The notes beneath the pieces were generated by a model that saw only the letters and a program-made list of their open reading frames with translations, ran no database searches and was not told where the DNA came from. This document shows, in pieces, positions 15,801 to 27,817 of a DNA stretch of 64,000 bases. Location of the stretch: contig NW_018479939.1 of the NCBI RefSeq assembly GCF_002113885.1, positions 1 to 64,000 of the forward strand, given 5' to 3'. The stretch's first letter is position 1. Every line of letters starts with the position of its first letter. The DNA comes from Mizuhopecten yessoensis (taxonomy: Eukaryota). A program made the position numbers and the translations under genes.

Positions 15801-16346
15801 GGAAGAGGTTTAAACTGCAACACAGCTACGTACACTGAAACAGTGTACAACACAACGACGCACGAGAAAGATGTTTTAACAGCACCACAGCTACGTAGAC
15901 TGAAACAGTGTACAATACAGCGATGCACGAGGAAGACGTTTAAACTGCAACACAGCTACGTACACTGAAACAGTGTACACTACAGCGATGCACGAGGAAG
16001 ACGCTTAAACTGCAACACAGCGACGTACATTGAAGCAGTGTATACTATAGCGACTCACTAGGTAGATGTTTAGACTACACCACAGCTACGTACACTGAAA
16101 CAGTGTCCAACACAGCGACGTACTAGGAACATGTTTCGACCATAAACAGTTAGTATACTAAACAGTGCACAACACAGCGACGTACGAGGAAGATGTTTAG
16201 ACTATAACACAGCGACGTACATTGAAGCAGTGTATAACATAGCGACTCACTAGGTAGATGTTAAGATTACACCACAGCTACGTACACTGAAACAGTGTCC
16301 AACACAGCGACGTACGAGTAAGATGTTAAGCCTACAACACAGTGAC

Positions 16347-16885
16347 TGATTTCAAATCAATTTTATTGTATTCAAAAAATCACAATTGGGTTAGGCTAGG
16401 GCATTGCCTATAAAAGCCCTTTCCAGAGAAAATACACACATTTCATACATTCATATATGCATATATATATATAGAGAGAGAGTATTATAGAGAAGATGTA
16501 GTATATGTTCGAAATAATAGGAGAATACTAGAACCATTTAATACATGTTCACAGTAAATAATACATGTAACTAGAATATCATAGATTTTACCATTTCAAT
16601 TAATATAGTCTATTTTCTTCAATTATTAATAGCCTAGTGTTTGATTGGAGGCACTTCAAAGAAACTGTCACTATACACAGTGCCATCCCTCCCAATTACA
16701 CCAGAGTTATTGTTATAACATACCAAATACAAACACATTGTAATATAATTTTTAGAATAGTTTAAGTTAAAATCTTCCAGATTTGTCAATAAACTCCAGA
16801 ACACATGAGAGAATAAATTTATTTGATTCACTGCTAAGGGTCATATCACCCTTAGTGAAAGTAACAGTATTTAAGATGATGTTGT
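16347..16885 (-). mobile_element. Same truncated LINE, copy 2 (co-duplicated with flanking satellite)
   Basis: Near-identical to 12324-12860 with the same truncation point and flanks. Translates ...CVLEFIDKSGRF*. Confidence 0.75.
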
Positions 16886-17443
16886 CAACACAGCGACGCA
16901 CATTGAAGCAGTGCACAACACAGCGACACACGAGGAAGATGTTTAGACTGCAGCACAGCTACGCACATTGAAGCAGTGTACAACACAGCGAGGTACGGGA
17001 AAGATGTTTAGACTACAACACAGCGACGCACATTGAAGCAGTGTACAACACAGCGACGTAAGGGAAAGATGTTTAGACTACAACACAGCTATGCACACTG
17101 AACCAGTGTCCAACACAGCGACGCACGAGGAAGATGTTTAGACTATAACACAGCGACGCACATTGAAGCAGTGTACAACACAGCGACGTAAGGGAAAGAT
17201 GTTAAGACTACAACACAGCTATGCACACTGAAACAGTGTCCAACACAGCGACGTACTAGGAAGATGTTTAGACTACAACACAGCTTCTTACACTGAAACT
17301 GTGTCCAACACAGCGCCGCTCGAGGAAGATATAGGGACTATATCACAGCGACTCACATTGAAGAAGTGTACAACACAGCGACGTAGTAGTAACATGTTTT
17401 GACTACAACACAGCTTCGCACATTGAAGCAGTTTACAACACAG

Positions 17444-17597
17444 CGACGAAAGGGAAAGATGTTAAGACTACAACACAGCTATGCACACTGAAACAGTGTG
17501 CATAGCTGTGTTGTAGTCTTAACATCTTTCCCTTACGTCGCACATCTTCCTCGTGCGTCGCTGTGTTGGACACTATCTCAGTGTACGTCGCTGTGTT
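17444..17597. repeat. Fold-back palindrome plus inverted satellite segment
   Basis: 47-bp arms (17444-17490 / 17494-17540, 1 mismatch) around an aaa loop, followed by ~55 bp of reverse-complement satellite. Confidence 0.9.
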
Positions 17598-20500
17598 TAG
17601 ACTACAACACAGCGACGCACATTGAAGCAGTGTACAGCACAGCGATGTGCTAGGAAGATGTTTAGACTACAACACAGCTTCTTACACTGAAACTGTGTCC
17701 AACACAGCGACGCTCGAGGAAGATATAGGGACTATATCACAGCGACTCACATTGAAGCAGTGTACAACACAGTAACGTACGGGAATGATTTTTAGACTAC
17801 AACACAGCGACGCACGTTGAAGCAGTGTACAGCACAGCGATGTGCTTGGAAGATGTTTAGACTACAACACCGCGACGCACATTGAAGCAGTGTACAACAC
17901 AGTAACGTACGGGATTGATTTTTAGACTACAACACAGCGCCGTACACTGAGATAGTGTCCAACAAAGCGACGCACGAGGAAGATGTTTAGACTACAACAC
18001 AGCGACGCACATTGAAGCAGTGTACAGCACAGCGACGTTCTAGGAAGATGTTTAGACTATATCACAGCGACGTACACTGAGATAGTGTCCAACACAGCGA
18101 CGCACGAGGAAGATGTTTAGATTACAACACAGCGACGCACATTGAAGCAGTGTACAACACAGCGACGTACTAGGAAGATGTTTATACTACAACACAGCTA
18201 TGCACACTGAAACAGTGTCCAACACAGCGACGCACGAGGAAGATGTTTAGACTATAACACAGCGACGGACATTGAAGCAGTGTACAGCACAGTGACGTGC
18301 TAGGAAGATGTTTAGACTACAACACAGCTACTTACACTGAAACTGTGTCCAACACAGCGACGCACGAGGAAGATGTTTAGACTATATCACAGTGACTCAC
18401 ATTGAAGCAGTGTACAACACAGCGACGCACTAGGAAGATGTTTAGACCATAACAAAATTACGTAGTCTAAACAGTGCACAACATAACGACGTACAAGGAA
18501 TATGTTTCGACTGTAGCACAGCAACGTACACTGAAACGGTGTACAATACAGCGACGCATGAGGAAGATGTTTAGACTGCAGCACAGATACGTACACTGAA
18601 ACAGTGTACAACACAGCGACGCACTAGGAAGATGTTTAAACAGCACCACATCTACGTAGACTGAAACAGTGCACACTACAGCGATGCACGAGGAAGACGT
18701 TTAAACTGCAACACAGCTACGTACTCGGAAACAGTGTCCAACACTGCGACGTACTAGGAAGATGTTTCGACCATAAACAGTTAGTATACTAAACAGTGCA
18801 CAACTCAGCGACGTACGAGGAAGATGTTTAGACTACAACACAGCGAGATACATTGAAGCAGTGTATAACATAGCGACTCACTAGGTAGATGTTTAGACTA
18901 CACCACAGCTACGTACACTGAAACAGTGCACAACACAGCGACGTACGAGGAAGATGTTTAGACTACAACACAGCGAGATACATTGAAGCAGTGTATAACA
19001 TAGCGACTCACTAGGTAGAAGTTTAGACTACACCACAGCTACGTACACTGAAACAGGGTACAACACAGCGACGCACATTGAAGCAGTGTCCAACACAGCG
19101 ACGTACTAGGAAGATATTTATACCATAAAAAGTTAGTATACTAAACAGTGCACAACACAGCGACGTACGAGGAAGATGTTTAGACTACACCACAGCTACG
19201 TACACTGAAACAGTGTACAACACAGCTACGTAGACTGAAACAGTGTACAATACAGCGATGCACGAGGAAGACGTTTAAACTTCAACACAGCTACGTACAC
19301 TGAAACAGTGTCCAACACAGCGACGTACTAGGAAGATATTTAGACCATAAAAAGTTAGTATACTAAACAGTGCACAACACAGCGACGTACAAGGAAGATG
19401 TTTAGACTATATCACAGCGACTCACATTGAGGCAGTGTACAACACAGCGACGTAGTAGGAACATGTTTAGACTACAACACAGCTTCGCACATTGAAGCAG
19501 TGTACAACACAGCGACGTACGGGAAAGATTTGCAGACTACAACCCAGCGACGTACACTGAAATAGTGTCCAACACAGCGACGCACGAGGAAGATGTTTAT
19601 GCTAAATAAAAATACGGATGCTAGAAAGCAACTGATATGCCCTCCTGAACAAAGGTTTTCCATTATAATTCGTTTGCTGACCAATACTGCTGGATGGCTG
19701 CTCGACACTCGATCTCTAGTTTTATCCTTTTCTCTGCTTGTAGACTGATGCACGAGTGAGATTTTATACCTGGTTCTATGCAATGAATTCAGAATAAAAA
19801 TATTTATTGATTTTTTTTTTATCTTTTCCAGAAGTTCTACTTGAACACAATTATTGCATTATTCACCTAAGATTTTCAAACATCATTCGATTTGTATCAT
19901 TTATTCAGTGATACTAATTGTAGATAGTCAATGCTAATAGCTTAAAGTAAAACCGAGGAATCTGAACGGTCGATATTAATTTTATAAAATCCGGTTTCGC
20001 GATACAATTTATAAGTCATAGATAAAAGTAAAATAATCAAAGGCCCATCGTCATTAAAGTGTCATAATTTTTCTATAAGAGAAATAGGGGAAGGACTGTT
20101 GCTAATTAGGTAAAATTGAGCGAGATCAAAGAGAAATAGACAATATGGAGATCCCGAAGATAATCGATATTTACAATGACAGTTGTGAGGAATGAACATG
20201 ATGACCTTCATTAGCATTACTTATGCAGAGTTCCAGTCACTCTCAGCATTCAGGTATAATGTGAACGTTGAAATGTAGGAGACGAAGATACCATTTTGTT
20301 TGCAACTGGGTTAACCATTCATTTCGATATTTTTACGTTCGCTTATCAATCCGATTAAACAACAATCTCTGTTGATATTTTGCATCCCAACGAACACAAT
20401 GCAATGTTAATATCGGTATTCTCCTGATGACAGTATACTATGCCTATATACGCCCCTTTGTGATAACAAATAAGGTCTATATTAATCATGTATAGTAATT

Positions 20501-20609
20501 ATGAGATAACAGGCCTCGCCGTCTCTGGTAACCTTTTCCTGGTGACTCTAGGGACAACATGATTCGCCTCTTGTACTGCTACCCTAGCGGGACCTCGCTG
20601 TACACGTTT

Positions 20610-20920
20610 ATTGAGTGCGTAGAGACGTCGCATTCACCGCAAGTACAGTGTAATAGCCATGTCGAGTGCTTTGTCAATATCGTGGAAAATTTGATGCTGA
20701 AAAAAAATATAAACAGTATAAAATGTCTATAAAATACACTGATTAACGACTTTCCTATGTTTACTCTTGCAATGAATGTGTCAGGAATTTCGACGTAACA
20801 CGTCTCCCGTTCTATTCTTGTTCATTAGCAGAGCATTACATGTTTTTGTGGTTAAAAGGCGTCTACATGAATACTATAGTAAACTTAATCTGTTAGTGAG
20901 ATCTATAGTGTATTCTATAT
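20610..20920. repeat. Diverged duplicate of 24460-24740
   Basis: Shared blocks in the same order: cgagtgctttgtcaatatcgtggaaaa, tataaaatgtctat, caatgaatgtgtca, gttcattagcag. Confidence 0.8.
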
Positions 20921-21904
20921 GGGATTGACAAAAACAGTATATATATTAACAAGGGTATAGTTTTATATGCTCTGTATTATACGCATCTAAGTATTCTAGT
21001 TAACAAATGTGGCAAACATAAGTCCGTACTGATGTGTGTTTAACCAATACTATTTCAAAAGTTGAACAATCCCCCTAAGAGATGGTACAGTTACTGAAAA
21101 TATGAACCTCCTTATAAGTCATATGCAAAAATCCGATTCAAAAATCGGAATTTATACATGTAATTTGAATATATTGAATTTGTACATTAGCTATTAATGT
21201 GGTAGATGGCGAGGTTAAAGTAGTCAATAATATTAGTTATCTCTGGGTTACATGTAGGCGGGGTCTACGGGCTCATAGACCCCGCCTAACCCAGAGAAAA
21301 CGAATTTGTCACCCTGACAATCTTTTATTACTTTTTATTCTGCAAAATTATAAGTCACTTTGTGAATTAGACTTATACTTGGCTGATCACTCTAAATAGC
21401 CCCTACTTGGACACGTTTTTGGCATTATTTCGAACAATCCACATCCAATTTTTAAAATGTACACACCAAATGGTAGCATTTTCTTTGACATCATAGGATT
21501 CCAAAAATCACAAAAATTAATTAAGACACAATTGCTTTTCATTTTTTTTTTCTTCAAATTTTTACATTTGTATACAATACAGTTACTTTATAAATACATA
21601 ACATGCCATATATATAAAGACACACACACTCATTCATTATCATACAAACACCAATACAATTATCAGAAAGGAAAGGTAGGATTGTTGAAAATTTGTATAA
21701 CATTTTGAATTTCTAAGCTAGCTGTCAGTGTGAGCGTAATCAATATTTACATTTACTCAACATAACAATTATATTTATAAATTGATAAGTTACTTATGGT
21801 AAATCAGTCGTAATTTTAAGTTTGGATGTTTCAAAAAATGTTTTGCCATTTGGCCCATTCTCTTGAAACTGGTTTAAGTAGCTTTCTCCCTTACCTACAT
21901 ATAG

Positions 21905-22100
21905 CAATGTATTTTGAGTTGTATATGTATCTTTTAGTGTATTTTTGAGTTGTATATATATATTTTAGTGTATTTTTGAGTTTTATATGTATATTTTAGT
22001 GCATTTTTGAGTTGTATATGTATATTTTAATGTATTTTTGAGTTGTATATGTATCTTTTATTGTATTTTTGAGTTGTATATGTATCTTATAGCGAATTTT
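21905..22100. repeat. Minisatellite, 31-bp unit, ~6 copies
   Basis: ttgagttgtatatgtatcttttagtgtattt repeats at 31-bp spacing. Confidence 0.9.
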
Positions 22101-23460
22101 TCAGGGCAATAATGCAGAGTTCGTTCTTGAGGCACCTTGATTTGTAGATATATTGTTTTATTGTAAAGATTATCATATTATTTTATATAAATTTTCTAAG
22201 TTAACAAGTAAAATTTGATTTTTTTCACAGTTCCATAGCGTATGCTCTATAGTTTCAATTTCTGTTTTACAAATGTTACAATAAGGACTGTCTACTAAAC
22301 CAACTTTAAATAAATACGAATTTGTTGTTAGAATATGGTGATTAACCCTAAATTAGAACCACAAAAATATTATTGTAAATTTATTGATTTTTATAACTAT
22401 CAGGTGTAATCAACTAACAGTTTATTAAACAAGCGTTTATTTTTGTTTTTTAATTTCAACAAATTTCAACAAGAAATAATCCATGGATCTTTGACAATAA
22501 CACAACAATAGTATATTATAATTTAATAAATTAATGCTAAAATAGTAGCCAAGTACAAAAAGCATTAAGGCTTATACAACCCATTATATTTCCATATGAT
22601 TTATTCACCTGACTTTCAACATGTCAATGTCTTTTGCAACCGAACTGTATGCTCCGAAATGACATTTTATCTGAAGTGTATCTATACAGTTACTGTAAGT
22701 CATGCGAAGCTTAATTTTCCCAACCTCTGGAGAGGAATACTGGCCTTAAGTAAAGAAAGAGGTGGCCTTGTGAAAACAATCAAATCACAGTAAAATATTA
22801 TGGTAATATAGTGAAGCAGATTAAAGAATAAGAAATCAAAGGCTTAGCCATTAGATCAATAACGAATTGTAAATGATGTGCAATTTCGTAACATTTTTTG
22901 ATTTTATAAATGCGCTAGACATGTTATTAACACCGAGACTCAAATATGTGTTAATGCTGAGAACCTGTCTAGCGCTTTCTTTATGACAGCGTTAAATGTT
23001 ACGAAACGACGCTTTAAATATAAGGTTTGTGTGTTCATTATGGTCACAAACTGATTGGCTTGACACATACATCCTGCTAAAATTTGTTACATGGACATTT
23101 CACTATGATATCTATGCATTCCCATGAAAACACCATTTCGTTGAAAGGCCGTTATACTTCTCAACATCCAGTAAAAGAAATCTCAAGCTCTGCATGACCT
23201 AGGTAATTAAATAGCCATATGTCATTTCGTAGCACTCAGTTGGGTAGCAAACAGGGTGACAAGCAATGAGGGAAAAAAACCGTTGAAAATAAAAGAAGAA
23301 ATAAAAAAGAACATGGAAGTGTGACCACCTGACTGATATTTGCTGAATTATCAAGTTACGCATGTGCAGTATATGTTATCAGTTGTATTCGCATGATCTG
23401 TGTTAGGAATCTGTACTAAAGACGTACCAGACATTTTAACGTCGAGGGTCGACAAATCCA

Positions 23461-23860
23461 AAACTGCCACAGATCAAAAAAGAGCATAGAGACAAGGCAG
23501 TTGACATGTTCCTGGTCCACGTCAGTCAACCTGTCGTCACCCGAATGTTCAACGTGACAAAAGCCTTACCATTGTCTGTGGAGCAAATATACTGTTACAC
23601 TGAACAACAGGGAACCTACATATTTTTGTTAATAATGTACCAAGAAGTGGTCGGACACGAAAAATGTCTGCCAGTCACGACAGTTACATCAGCCTTTGTC
23701 ATATCAAGAAACATTGTATGACGTCAACATCACGACGTTATTTTCCAAATCGCATTGGCCCATTGACATTTCGTGGACGACCAAAATATTCGGGATGAAA
23801 GCACAGAAGCCATGCAAGAGTTTGGTCCTGAAACAACGTCATCACATTCAACGTGTTATA
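23461..23860 (+). mobile_element. Degenerate Tc1/mariner transposase fragment (N-terminal paired-like HTH region)
   Basis: Frameshifted translation LPQIKKEHRDKAVDMFLVHVSQPVVTRMFNV...NVPRSGRTRKMSASHDSYISLCHIKKHCMTST...GMKAQKP..VLKQRH. This matches the Tc1 pattern (R.RA..M....SQ..VA..FNV; PRSGRPR..T...DR.I...H.R). Confidence 0.75.
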
Positions 23861-23934
23861 ATATCATAACGACGTCGAAACCAGAATCAAAGGACCTGGG
23901 ATCGTGCTATGTTCAGTGATAAATCGAGACACCT

Positions 23935-24330
23935 GTATCAGTCATCAAGTTATATCTATATCAGTCCAGTCCTAGTGAAAACAGTTGACACCTCTCTGCG
24001 TCTTACCCAAGTGACAATAGGTAACAACTCTAGCAGGTCTGCCTTACCGACTACATGTTATATTATAGTCATTCATCCCCTAGTGACAACAGGTTTCTCT
24101 CTTTTCAGTCCTACCCTAGTGACAGCATGGTAGAGCTCTATCAGTCCTTCCATTGTGACAACAGGTAAAACCTCTATTAGGTCTACCTTAACAACCACAT
24201 GTTATGTCATAATCAGTTATACCCTAGTGACACCAGGCTGCGCCTTTTTCAGTCCTACGTGTACCTAGTTACAACAGATAGGGGTTTTTCAGCCTTACCC
24301 TGATGACAAAATCTCTCTCAGTCCATCTTT
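23935..24330. repeat. Degenerate tandem repeat (cagtcctaccctagtgacaacagg core)
   Basis: The core recurs about 8-10 times with heavy divergence. Confidence 0.6.
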
Positions 24331-24459
24331 AAAGACAATCATGGAGCTCGAAATGAGAAACATATCGTACCATAAACGAAGCCAACATGTTAATCAAATT
24401 AAACAAAGCCAGTCTCTATGGGCTGCGACATTTGCATATTGTATACACAACGCAGCAGA

Positions 24460-24740
24460 ACCTCGCTGGAGTTAATTATGGAGTGCATAGGGACATATCA
24501 TATACATTTGGTAATGGCTATAGCGAGTGCTTTGTCAATATCGTGGAAAAGCTGTTACTGCGAAATTAATTCCAATATAAAATGTCTATGAAAGTAGAAT
24601 TGTTTTTCTAACCTTTCGATGTTTACTTTTACAATGAATGTGTCAACAATTTCGACATCAAACGTCCCCCGTTGTATTCTAGTTCATTAGCAGCGCTTTA
24701 CATGTCATTGTGAACGTGATAGTTATAGTGCATTCTATAT
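24460..24740. repeat. Diverged duplicate of 20610-20920
   Basis: See the partner copy. Confidence 0.8.
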
Positions 24741-25214
24741 AAAAGTAAGGATAACCTAATTTTTGTGCTCTCTTAAATTAGCGCATCTTCGAATTTTAAC
24801 TGATTAGTGCATCGATTAATTGGCATATCTACACATATGCGATAAAAAACTAGATATAGAAACTTGAATTAACGCAATTACATTGTTACGTAATAGATAT
24901 AGCTAAAAATGGTTAATTAACACTCATGCTTAATGATATACGTTTAAAGTAATGTCTTAAGTATGAGTGTTAGTATTGCACTCGTTATATATGGGTGTTT
25001 GTTTTGTTCATATTATATAGGTGTTTCTATGTATATAAAAATTTTGATATTTATTGCATATGAGAGTTCGGGTATACATTATCAGAATATTATAGTATAT
25101 GGTTTGTTAGTAGGAGTATTACAGTATATGTTTTTATGAGTAGGAGTTTTATAGTATATATCTTATGAGTAAGAATAGTAAAGTATATACTTTATTGGTA
25201 AGAGTATTCTAGTA

Positions 25215-25308
25215 TGGTTTGGTTTGTTTGTCTTTTACGTCCTATTAACAGATATGGTCATTTAAGGACGTGCCAGGTTTTTGTGGTTGAGAAAGTTGGG
25301 AGTTTCTG
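25215..25308 (-). mobile_element. SINE 3' fragment (V-domain type), shared tail
   Basis: tggtttggtttg...acgtcctattaacagatatggtcatttaaggacgtgccagg. The tail is the same as in the other SINEs here, and the body joins the 36815 family. Confidence 0.65.
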
Positions 25309-25562
25309 CCCAACGTGATGGAAAGAATTTCTGATGTCCAATTCTAAATGACGGGTTGCATCTGCGGTATCATCCTCTTTGAAATGCATTATAATGGCAC
25401 ATCTGACAGCTGTAGTATGGCGAACACATACGCGTACCTTTATTTTTGTATTTGGGCTTATCAGTTACTAGCTTTTCAAAGCTGGCTCTGAGGCACTTTC
25501 ACGCATGATTTGCACATTCCACTTTCTCAACTTCATTTCCCCACACTGGTACGGCATTCAGT
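25309..25562 (-). mobile_element. Mutator-like transposase relic
   Basis: Frameshifted translation AVPVWGNEVEKVECANHA*KCLRASFEKLVTDKPKYKNKG / RHTTAVRCAIIMHFKEDDTADATRHLELDIRNSFHHV. It contains the K.EC.NH..K..R..L and AI...L..DI.N...H motifs of invertebrate Mutator-like transposases (recognised from memory). Confidence 0.65.
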
Positions 25563-25571
25563 GTCCGGTTC

Positions 25572-25740
25572 CTTATCTGATGAAAGATGGCGCTACTAGG
25601 TTGAAACGCGCTACTGACTGTTGGGGTCTGTCTGTGTCTGCGCTACGCAGTGGCGTGACTCGGTACACGACTCTCCTGTCTTATATATCCTGACCTTTTT
25701 ATCAGATTGTGGCTTTTAGAGTGTTACGTCCCAGGTCAAA
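25572..25740 (-). pseudogene. Orphan paralog of the promoter and non-coding exon 1 of the secreted-protein gene
   Basis: Minus strand TATATAAgacagg vs TATAAAAgacagg at 34769. Shared acacagaca, ccaacagtca, gtagcgcg and terminal cagataag. Upstream tatcagattgtggcttt vs tatcaaatcgtgacttt. The donor GTAAG is absent and no coding exon was found. Confidence 0.6.
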
Positions 25741-26062
25741 TGGACATGACGTTTTCAATATTGTACTGCTTTAGAATCTTTGTAGAGAAAATACACGGGC
25801 GGTTTCATAAGGTTCTTCTGTTTTCTCCCAACGATATTGATGAAAAGGGTCATTGGCTGTCCCCAGACAAAAACAACAGTATTTTGTATTCTACGTTCTT
25901 GATAGTATGTTTTGACACGATTTCCCATCCGATATCTCATCTCTTTAATGACATGCATAATTAATTCCTTGATAATCAGGAAAAGCACAAATGTACAATT
26001 TCATGCAGGTGTACCAATTTTATAATATACTGAAATGTTTGAATTACATATTGTTATTTCGT

Positions 26063-26395
26063 TCGGTTTGGTTTAATTTTGTTTGACGTCCTATTAACAG
26101 TTAAGGTCATTTAAGGACGTGCCTCCGTGTGTGTAGTGTTTGCCTGCTTGTGTGTGTGTATTCAGAAGACAGTGTATATTGGTGTGCTTGCCTCTTTGTG
26201 ATAGCGCGGATCTGATGCCGACTTTAAAGTGCAATCTCACTGAAACACCATGCCGAACGCACCCAGAACAGCATTCCGCCCGGTCACATGATACTGACAA
26301 CGGGTGATCCAGTTGTTGTCATTCCCCTAAATGCTTAACAATAACGACCCCTATATTTAAGGCCTTTGGTATTTCAACATTACTTGCCTCCTTCG
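26063..26395 (-). mobile_element. tRNA-derived SINE (Meta-like core), head missing
   Basis: Reverse-complement homolog of 27818-28183 (gatccgcgctatcaca, cacgtccttaaatgacc, (ccaaa)n tail). Confidence 0.8.
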
Positions 26396-27817
26396 ATACA
26401 TTTTTGGGGTAACAGCAGTTGTATTCTTTTCCCGATCCCCCACCTGCAGGGGTGACATACTGTAATATATTTAATTTGTAGACACACAGTATTGTGAGGA
26501 ATTGATATAGAGTACCAACTATGATGATCTGTGCTTATACAATTAGTTTCACTGATTGGCAATAATCTATTCTTCTATTTTTTACTACCTATGAAGACAG
26601 AAGAAATCATTAAACTAGTAAATGGTCAATATAAATCTGTTCAAGGAAAGGACTTCAAAGAAATGAAAATAGGAAAATGTCAATGTATATATATCTGGCT
26701 GTGGTAAGTTTTTTAGTTTTCGTTTTGGAACAGACATGCACTTTTCAAGTAGTCTAGGATTGTGTCCGGATACGAACTATTTTGAAAAGAGATTGGTCAC
26801 TTACCATTTAAACTATTATAGAAATTTGTGTTGTCTGAAGGGCAATGTATTCTTCTATCAACTGTTTACTTGTTTGCAACATGTCCTTTTGGTCTAACGT
26901 GCTTTTCCTTACTGAAACAATTCGTAAAAAAAAGTCATTTTACTGTATGCAATATGTGTTAGAAACTATATTCCATGTTATTAAGTTTTATTATAAACTA
27001 CGTATACTGTCATGGGCTTTGAGATGATTTATAAACTATGTTAAACGTAACCTTTAAAATCATTATAGTGACCTATGCCATACGTTTGTAATATGTACTA
27101 GGAATTATGCTCGACGTTTGTAAACTTTATCATAAAATTTGTAATATGTTTGAGTATTTCGATTTGTGTAAACTGCTTAATAAGCTGTTACAAAATTAAT
27201 TTACTTTTTAAACCAACTTGTAGAAAATTGTACCACTTTCTATATTCTATTTTTCTGCCGGAGATTATTTCTTCAGTAGCTTCTATCTTGTTTTTGTGTC
27301 TCTTAAGTTCCCTATTGTTGCTTTGTATCGACTGTAACTTTGGATATTGTCTTCGTGTGTTGACCTGATGTATTTTTAGATTTATGTCATTAAAAACTGA
27401 ATTCTTAATTTCAATATTTATGAAAATATTAAAATTCTGTTTTTAACACACTCTTAACAATTTCATGTCATGATCATTAAGTTGTTTTTGTCAAGTAGGT
27501 ATTCTGCAAAAACTGTCTTCATGATGATGATGACCTCGATTTGGCTTACATTTATACAACATACATAATGTAAATACATGACGTGATTACCACAACAGTA
27601 TTAAGGTGTTCTAATTTTATCTAATTATGAAACATTTTGATGGTATGATAAAAGAGATAACTACTTTACCATTTCCTTTACAAAAACATTGGCCCTCGTT
27701 ATTTACCGTGCAATGAGTATAATATACAGTTTAATATTATACATTGTACACATACAAATATATCTTATGACTTACTGTGCTCTAGATCTGAAATTTCAAC
27801 TGATTAGGTATTCAATT

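Larger units (their letters stand above)
8950..19600. repeat. Satellite B, ~65-bp dimer (30-mer cacagcgacgcacattgaagcagtgtacaa + 35-mer cacagcgacgcacgaggaagatgtttagactacaa)
   Basis: Alternating 30/35-bp subunits read directly. The 30-mer is a variant of satellite A. The array ends abruptly at ~19600. Confidence 0.95.

Noticed and set aside
8950-19600. CRISPR-like alternation of a palindromic repeat and variable segments
   Set aside because: The intervening segments are homologous to each other rather than unique spacers, there are no cas genes, and the context is eukaryotic.
4003-19783. Dozens of Cys/His/Val-rich ORFs (up to 348 aa, HCFNVRHYVL repeats) that resemble metal-binding or zinc-finger proteins
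   Set aside because: They are translations of the 30/65-bp satellite, open in several overlapping frames, with no splice or promoter context.
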